64,000 bases of DNA, taken from the NCBI GenBank assembly GCA_045531695.1, contig JAZSEM010000053.1, positions 1,307 to 65,306 of the forward strand. The letters are read 5' to 3'. Shown here one piece after another: positions 58,052-64,000 of the stretch (position 1 is its first letter; every line of letters starts with the position of its first letter). The DNA comes from Akkermansia sp. Lineage in GTDB: Bacteria; Verrucomicrobiota; Verrucomicrobiia; Verrucomicrobiales; Akkermansiaceae. A program made the position numbers and the translations under genes. The notes beneath the pieces were generated by a model that did no database searches, had not been told where the DNA came from, and was given only the letters and a program-made list of their open reading frames with translations.

Positions 58052-58529
58052 AATCTCTACGATTTTCGGCCGTGTGCTTGTTGCTTTGATGCAGTTTACC
58101 GTTAAAGAGGGACAGAAGCCTGTAGTCACACATGCCTTTCGGCTGAATGTGCTTGTAGCTTCGCGAAATGCGCACCCTCACCAACACCTGCCAAAAACAG
58201 TCACAAATGCCTTTCGGCTGAATGTGCTTGTAGCTTGTGCTATCCAGCGCGCTGTAGACACTGCTATCGGTGAGTCACAAATGCCTTTCGGCTGAATGTG
58301 CTTGTAGCTTCTTTATCGGATGCGATGCGTTCGGTAAGGATTCTGTGTCACAAATGCCTTTCGGCTGAATGTGCTTGTAGCTTAGTTCATGGTCGAGCAC
58401 GGCATTCCCGGGAGTGTGAGTCACAAATGCCTTTCGGCTGAATGTGCTTGTAGCTTTGTCGAAGAGAACGACAACCGCCGCTGTCCTATGTGGTCACAAA
58501 TGCCTTTCGGCTGAATGTGCTTGTAGCTT
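58052..58529 (-). CRISPR. CRISPR array 2: 6 intact plus 1 degenerate 37-nt repeats, 6 spacers (36-38 nt)
   Basis: Repeat gtcacaaatgcctttcggctgaatgtgcttgtagctt at 58125 (1 variant base), 58200, 58274, 58347, 58420 and 58493, with a degenerate copy ending at 58086. Leader lies to the right. Confidence 0.97.
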
Positions 58530-58892
58530 AGCTGAAAAAATGCGGGAAGTCAAGCATTCTTTGCAAAAAAGAGGAATAATGATTATATGTTTGTTATGTG
58601 TTGCAAGTCCTTTGTAATCAGCTTGTTACGAGAAATGAGAGTAACGTGAGTCCAAAAACTGATTTCAGTTCTGAGAGGTTTTAAAGTGGGGAGTGAAATC
58701 AGAAATAGGGGTAAAATGCGGTAAAAACGACCAAAAATGGTGAAAAATAGGCATTTCGGAGCATGGTGGAACAGAGAAAATATATGCCAAAATGGGGATG
58801 TGTGCTTATTTTCGGCTAAAAATGAGCGCTTCGACTCAGAAAAACTGATTTCACCCCCACTAAAAATGTGAACTCCGACTGAAATCAGTTTT
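58530..58892. promoter_or_regulatory. CRISPR leader / divergent promoter region 2 with 48-bp inverted repeats
   Basis: Homolog of 46738-47100. Arms at 58655-58702 and 58845-58892. Confidence 0.8.
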
Positions 58893-58931
58893 GCTCAAAA
58901 TATCACAATGATACAGGAATGTGTGACTATA

Positions 58932-58988
58932 CAGGAATTACCGGGAAAGTTCTTACCCTTGTAAACGACCACAAAGCATGATTAAATA
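58932..58988 (+). pseudogene. 3' remnant of a fifth DUF1232 gene
   Basis: 57 bp identical to 59481-59537 (last codons, stop and downstream bases of copy 3). Confidence 0.75.
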
Positions 58989-59068
58989 CAGACATCAACC
59001 AACTTCTCAATAAACATACTCAAACATATAAACAACAATCTATAAATCCCCAACTCACACACTATCAT

Positions 59069-59530
59069 ATGCAAATACAGAACACCATCAACGTCATTTC
59101 CACCATCCCCGCTCTGTACCAGAATAAGCTTCTGCCCTCCGTCGAAGCGCTGCTGCAGAGCAAATGGGGGCGCATGGTAGGTGACCCTCAGTTCCGAGGT
59201 CAGCTTATTGACCTTGCTGAGGCGTGGCTCACCAAGCATAAGGAGAGTCCTCTGGCTGCGCATCTCATTCGCCTGCTGAAAATGCTTCGCCCGCTGCTCA
59301 CCGGCACCGAGCCTCTGAGCAAGACAAAGATGCTGGCTATAGCCGCCGCCGTGCTCTACGTGATAAGCACGCTGGATGCAGTACCCGATTTCTTGCCGCT
59401 CATCGGCTGGCTGGATGACCTGGGAGTAATTACAATGGTACTGCGCTACGTGCTGGGCGAACGAGTGGGGGAGGCCCTCTCAGGAATTACCGGGAAAGTT
59501 CTTACCCTTGTAAACGACCACAAAGCATGA
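59069..59530 (+). CDS. YkvA/DUF1232-family membrane protein, copy 3 (long-tail type)
   Basis: LYVISTLDAVPDFLPLIGWLDD motif, 153 aa. Confidence 0.87.
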   Translation: MQIQNTINVISTIPALYQNKLLPSVEALLQSKWGRMVGDPQFRGQLIDLAEAWLTKHKESPLAAHLIRLLKMLRPLLTGTEPLSKTKMLAIAAAVLYVISTLDAVPDFLPLIGWLDDLGVITMVLRYVLGERVGEALSGITGKVLTLVNDHKA

Positions 59531-59609
59531 TTAAATAAAGTCATCAACCATAACCCAAAACAAACAACCTAAAACATACTACCTAAAACTCAACATACAC
59601 AACTATCTT

Positions 59610-60053
59610 ATGAAAATCGAGAACACCATCAATATCGGCACACTTACCCTCCGCAACGTCATTTCCGCCATTCCCGCTCTGTACCGGAATAAGTTGCTGC
59701 CCACCATCGAAGCCCTGCTGCAGAGCAAGTGGGGGCGCATGGTAAGTAATCCTCAGTTCCGCGGTCAGCTCATTGACATGGCAGAGGCGTGGCTGAACAA
59801 GCATAAGGACAGTCCGCTGGCGTTCCATCTCATTCGCCTGCTGGAAATGCTGCGCCCGCTGCTCACAAGCGAGGAGCCTCTGAGCAAGACAAAGATGCTG
59901 GCCATAGCTGCCGCCGTGCTCTACGTGATAAGCACGCTGGATGCAGTACCCGATTTCCTGCCGCTCATCGGCTGGCTGGATGACTTGGGAGTAATTGCAA
60001 TGGTACTGCGCTACGTAGTTGGTTCGGTAGAGAAAGAAAAATCGGTATTCTAA
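59610..60053 (+). CDS. YkvA/DUF1232-family membrane protein, copy 4 (short-tail type)
   Basis: Same motif, with a small N-terminal insertion (INIGTLTLRNV). Confidence 0.87.
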   Translation: MKIENTINIGTLTLRNVISAIPALYRNKLLPTIEALLQSKWGRMVSNPQFRGQLIDMAEAWLNKHKDSPLAFHLIRLLEMLRPLLTSEEPLSKTKMLAIAAAVLYVISTLDAVPDFLPLIGWLDDLGVIAMVLRYVVGSVEKEKSVF

Positions 60054-60192
60054 TATAGGTAAAATGGATTTGCTAAAATCTGAAGAATGTGTGATGGAAA
60101 GGTAGGAGAAAAAGTTTAGACGTTTAGCCGTTGAAAAAAGTTGTTGACATTAACTTGAAGACATGAAATACTAGCTGAAGATTCAGCCTATT

Positions 60193-61704
60193 ATGTACAA
60201 AATCCTTATTCAGCTTGTGGGAGAGCAGTCGCTGCCGAATATTTTCCCTATTTTATCTCTTCATCCCAATCGTGTGGTGAATATTTTTACAATGAAAACG
60301 GAGAAAATTCACCGCAAAATTGCAAACTGGTGTGCCGAGCATGGCAAGGTGCACGGAGTTTCTCCGAAATTTGTAGAACATGAACCGATAGGTGAGGATT
60401 TGAGTAGCGTACAGTCAGGTATTTTCCGTATACTTCGCAAAGAAGTCGAACGGATGCAGGAAAAACCGGGAGCCATGATGATTCTGAACATGACCGGTGG
60501 CACGAAAGCTATGGCAGCCAGTGCGATTTCTCTCTGCCAACAGATTTCCGGCATGCGTGTAAAGGAAGGGCATCCCCCGGTACCTATCTGCTATCTGAAT
60601 CCGAACACGGGTGAGCTGGAGTTTGTAACATGTTCGGAACGGGAGTCGGTTGTGGTTGTTCGCCCTGCACGGGAGCTGAGGCTTACGGTTGCTGAGATTA
60701 TAGAGAGTGGTGGGGATACTAAGGTAGTATCTGCCCGCAGGGACTGGACTCAGGTGTACCCGGCAGCGATAAAACTGAAGTCGCTGGCGGACAGAAGGGT
60801 GCTTTTTACATTGGAGGATGCCAGAGTAGAAAATTATGCTGAGAAGGTAAAATCGCCGCTTTCGACAATGTTAGAGGATAAAGATCCCAATCGCCTCAAA
60901 AAGCTGGTGGTGGAAATGAAAAAACTTGCGGCTTGGGTTGAGAAGAATGACTCTGCACTCAAAGGGGTGGAATTGTGTGGATTTGAGGTGAAGAATGGTG
61001 ACATTTACTTTTCTGAGGTATTGCAAAAAGAGGTGGATGCTACAAAAAAGGAAATTTCATCCAATTGTGAGCTGTCAAAAGCAGATAAGAAAGGAATAGA
61101 AAGAAAAATGTGCATGAAACTGAACAACTGTGCCAATTTCTTTGTTGGCGGTTGGTGGGAGGTAATTGTGGCACATGCATATCAGAAATTGAATCCTGAA
61201 TCGGAGGTGTTGTGGTCTGTAGAGACTGCTCAAAAAAACAATCTAGAGCATGTGGTAGAGACGGATATTATAGCGACGGATGGTCGTTCTTTGTGTGGTA
61301 TATCGTGTAAGCGTGGTATGCACCTTAATAAGGTAACACAGGAGCTGGAGCAACATTGTACCCGCACCGCTTTGTTGGGGGGGATCATTCATAAACGTAT
61401 CATTGCCGTTTATAACAGCAAGCTTTTTAGCGGGCTGAATGCATTGATGAGTGCTTTGCGCCTTACTTTGTGGGATTCGAAAAAAGTTGAGGCGATAGAA
61501 AATAATATTGCTTACAGGGGGGCTGAGTCGCTATTGGGGGTTGCAGGTTCTCCTCAAGTAAAAGCTCCGGAAAACTCAACCCTTGAGCAGTCTGAACATG
61601 ATGGTGACGATGAATCTGCTGTGACCCGTCCATCATTTATTAAGCGTTTAACTATTGCGGTGCGCTACCTGTTCGGCAGTGGCAAACATCCTCAGGATTC
61701 CTGA
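60193..61704 (+). CDS. Card1/Can2-like (DUF1887) CARF plus PD-(D/E)xK nuclease effector
   Basis: LVGEQSLPN and LNMTGGTKAM CARF motifs, and GGWWE…ETDIIAT…ISCK nuclease motif. Confidence 0.85.
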   Translation: MYKILIQLVGEQSLPNIFPILSLHPNRVVNIFTMKTEKIHRKIANWCAEHGKVHGVSPKFVEHEPIGEDLSSVQSGIFRILRKEVERMQEKPGAMMILNMTGGTKAMAASAISLCQQISGMRVKEGHPPVPICYLNPNTGELEFVTCSERESVVVVRPARELRLTVAEIIESGGDTKVVSARRDWTQVYPAAIKLKSLADRRVLFTLEDARVENYAEKVKSPLSTMLEDKDPNRLKKLVVEMKKLAAWVEKNDSALKGVELCGFEVKNGDIYFSEVLQKEVDATKKEISSNCELSKADKKGIERKMCMKLNNCANFFVGGWWEVIVAHAYQKLNPESEVLWSVETAQKNNLEHVVETDIIATDGRSLCGISCKRGMHLNKVTQELEQHCTRTALLGGIIHKRIIAVYNSKLFSGLNALMSALRLTLWDSKKVEAIENNIAYRGAESLLGVAGSPQVKAPENSTLEQSEHDGDDESAVTRPSFIKRLTIAVRYLFGSGKHPQDS

Positions 61705-61746
61705 TAGCATTGAGTGAAATGGATTGCCTTTAATCGCTTGAATATG

Positions 61747-61784
61747 AAAAAAAGGCCGGCACTCGGGGGAGTGTCGGCCTTTTT
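61747..61784. terminator. Bidirectional terminator at the right border of the CRISPR island
   Basis: aaaaaaaggccggcactc-…-gagtgtcggccttttt. Confidence 0.8.
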
Positions 61785-61801
61785 CTTGGGTGGGTTTGGG
61801 G

Positions 61802-63847
61802 TTACTTCTTGCCCTCCCCGATGTTGGCGGGGGTGGCGGGTACATCCTTGCCGGTGACAACTGTCTCCAGCGGGATGCGGATGAAGCCTATACCGCGGGC
61901 ACCGTTCTTGCCGTTGTTGTGGCAGGTTTCGTAGAAGATGCCTACGTGCTTGTCGTCGGTCATGGCAATGCAGGAGTAGCCCATGCACTGGCGGGAATCG
62001 TAGAGGTAGCCCTCGTTCCAGGTGTTGCCGTCGTCGTGAGAGGTGCGGATGGTCATGGTGTTACGACCGCCGCTCTTGGGGTTGGAGAATAGCACGATGG
62101 TGCCGTAGGGCTTGGTGTTGACCTTCACGATGGAGGCCTGACATGTGGGCTCCTGCAGGGCCTTCAGGTTGGTGCTGTGGGGCTGCCAGGTCTTGCCCAT
62201 ATCCCTGGTGACATAGACAATGCGCTTGCCCTGACGTGCCTCGTTGCGGGCGTTGATCATGATGGAGCCGTCCTCCAGCTCGATGACCTGACACTCGGAG
62301 GTGCTGTGGGGCACGCCGGCGCCGTATGTCCAGTTCTTGCCGCCGTCTTTCGAGTAGCAGATGGTGCTCATGCAGCGGGGATTGGCAGCGCGGTCCCAAA
62401 TCTGAGCGGGGAAGACGATGGTGCCGTCCTTCAGTACGATACCGTTGCCGGGGCCGGCCAGAATGGTGGTCCACTCGTGCTTCTTAATCTGGCGGGTGGG
62501 GTTGACAAACTTCCTGGCCCAGGTCTTGCCGCCGTCATCGCTGTAGGTCATTTCCCACTGGCCGGTGGATTTTTCATCGAAGCCGGTCTTGGAGGTCCAC
62601 AGGGAGGCGCCGCCACTCCAGTGGCAGACGAGGGACTGCAGCCAGATGCGGCCTGTCTTGTCCTGCAGGATGCAGGGGTCGCCGCAGCCGTTGTTGGCGC
62701 CGGGACCGGCATCCATGGCGACGGTGGGGGTGGTCCAGGTCTGGCCGCCATCGGTGGAGCGAACCACGGCTACGTCAATGTCGGCGCAGAGGTCGCCCTC
62801 GTGGTTATAGCGGGCATCGAAACAACCCACGAGTGAGCCGTCGGCGGTCTGAATGAGGCCGGGAATGCGGAAGGAGACGCAGCCGCGATTGCCGCCGTCA
62901 GGCTGGTTGCTCACGGTCTCGCCGGGCAGGCCTACCAGGTAGCCGATGCGCTGGGTCACCGGTGTGGTGCCGGCGTAGTTCTTGCCGCCGATGGTGGCGG
63001 TCATCTCGCTGAAGGTAACGGTGCTGCCCACCAGTGAGGATTCGGTGGGGGTCACATCTGCCCACAGCCAGGTGGTGCCGCCGGGCAGTTCCTTGTCGCA
63101 GGTAATGGTCACGGTGCCGTCCGCTGCGGGCTTGGCGCTGCCGTAGACGGTGCTGGTGAAGAACTCCAGACCGTTCGGGCTGCCGGTGCGCAGGGTTACG
63201 TTCTCCACGCTCTCGGGGTTGTCAACTCTGAAGGTGAGCTTGGTAACTTTCTTGGCGTCATCCGTGCCGGTGGCCTGAACCTTGTAGGCGAACACCGGGT
63301 TGAAGGGGGCGCGCTTCATGATGGGGAATACGCCCGGGTTTACCATGCGGGCCTCGCGAATGATCATCGGCCCCAGGTGCACGTTCAGATCGTCGATGAG
63401 CAGCCCGCCCTTGGCATCGGATGTCACTTCGAAACGAATGGCTTTTGTCCCGCCGGGGAGTTTGGCTTTAACGAGGGTATTGAAGCCACCGACGGAAATT
63501 TTGTTGTTTGTGGCGACTGTCTGTTCGCCCTTGTCGGTAACAGCTACCAGCGAGAAGGAGAAAGGCTCGCGGCGAGTCCAGCGTTCAGCCCAGAAATCGC
63601 AGGAGGTTTCCTTGGCAAGCGGGGAGTCAAAGGTGATAGTGGCTTTCTTGTTTTGGCCGCCGGTGATATGCAGAGAGCGTGAGCCGGTGCGTCCCTTGCC
63701 GTAGATAGAAGCATGCCCCTTTTCGGCTGTTAGGGTGCCGATGGAAAGAGTTGCGTTGGTGATGCCCCCATTGTTCAGGCTGTCAAAGCTTTCAGTGGCC
63801 ATCACCAGGCCACACATCATCAGGCTGAGTATGGTGTGCTTAAGCAT
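61802..63847 (-). CDS. Exo-alpha-sialidase (GH33) with signal peptide and N-terminal accessory domains
   Basis: FRIP motif and Asp-boxes STDGGQTW, SDDGGKTW, SKDGGKNW, TRDMGKTW and SHDDGNTW. Confidence 0.93.
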   Translation of the reverse strand: MLKHTILSLMMCGLVMATESFDSLNNGGITNATLSIGTLTAEKGHASIYGKGRTGSRSLHITGGQNKKATITFDSPLAKETSCDFWAERWTRREPFSFSLVAVTDKGEQTVATNNKISVGGFNTLVKAKLPGGTKAIRFEVTSDAKGGLLIDDLNVHLGPMIIREARMVNPGVFPIMKRAPFNPVFAYKVQATGTDDAKKVTKLTFRVDNPESVENVTLRTGSPNGLEFFTSTVYGSAKPAADGTVTITCDKELPGGTTWLWADVTPTESSLVGSTVTFSEMTATIGGKNYAGTTPVTQRIGYLVGLPGETVSNQPDGGNRGCVSFRIPGLIQTADGSLVGCFDARYNHEGDLCADIDVAVVRSTDGGQTWTTPTVAMDAGPGANNGCGDPCILQDKTGRIWLQSLVCHWSGGASLWTSKTGFDEKSTGQWEMTYSDDGGKTWARKFVNPTRQIKKHEWTTILAGPGNGIVLKDGTIVFPAQIWDRAANPRCMSTICYSKDGGKNWTYGAGVPHSTSECQVIELEDGSIMINARNEARQGKRIVYVTRDMGKTWQPHSTNLKALQEPTCQASIVKVNTKPYGTIVLFSNPKSGGRNTMTIRTSHDDGNTWNEGYLYDSRQCMGYSCIAMTDDKHVGIFYETCHNNGKNGARGIGFIRIPLETVVTGKDVPATPANIGEGKK

Positions 63848-64000
63848 ACGTGCAATGTATCATAGATAATATGCCAATGCAAGCAAAAATTAAAGTAGGC
63901 TTAAGTCCGTATTGTCAGGTAAGTCCGCGAGTTTGATGCGTCCTGATGCACCGTGGGCAATATGTACTGCAGATTTGGGGAGTCCTAATGTTTTAGCTAG

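Overview
Bacterial chromosomal window, most likely from an Akkermansia-like member of Verrucomicrobiota. This is inferred from the PVC-type dcw gene order with a LysM gene between murD and ftsW, many ankyrin-type secreted proteins and a GH33 sialidase. The left two-thirds is mostly housekeeping: flavoprotein, thermonuclease, DEAD-box helicase, mnmG, the mraZ-rsmH-ftsL-ftsI-murE-murF-mraY-murD-LysM-ftsW-murG cluster, a divergent PBP2, a DinG-family helicase, tRNA-Asp, rplI and a polar amino-acid ABC transporter. It is interspersed with REP/REPIN-like palindromic repeats, a split glycosyltransferase, a GbsR/MarR regulator with a duplicated operator, an AAA+DUF4143 gene bracketed by two covarying hairpins and two families of ankyrin-like paralogs. 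The region ~46.4-61.7 kb is a complete, bounded type III-B (Cmr) CRISPR-Cas island. It encodes cmr1/6/5/4/3, an HD-less GGDD Cas10, a small Csx15/Csx20-like protein, an NE0113-type CARF-wHTH protein, cas1, cas2 and a Card1/Can2-like CARF nuclease, but no cas6. The most unusual feature is that the cas core is bracketed by two direct copies of a module: a CRISPR array, a 363-bp leader containing 48-bp inverted repeats around phased A-tracts, and a divergently transcribed tandem pair of YkvA/DUF1232-type membrane-protein genes. This gives four near-identical paralogs plus the remnant of a fifth, a candidate undescribed CRISPR-linked accessory system.
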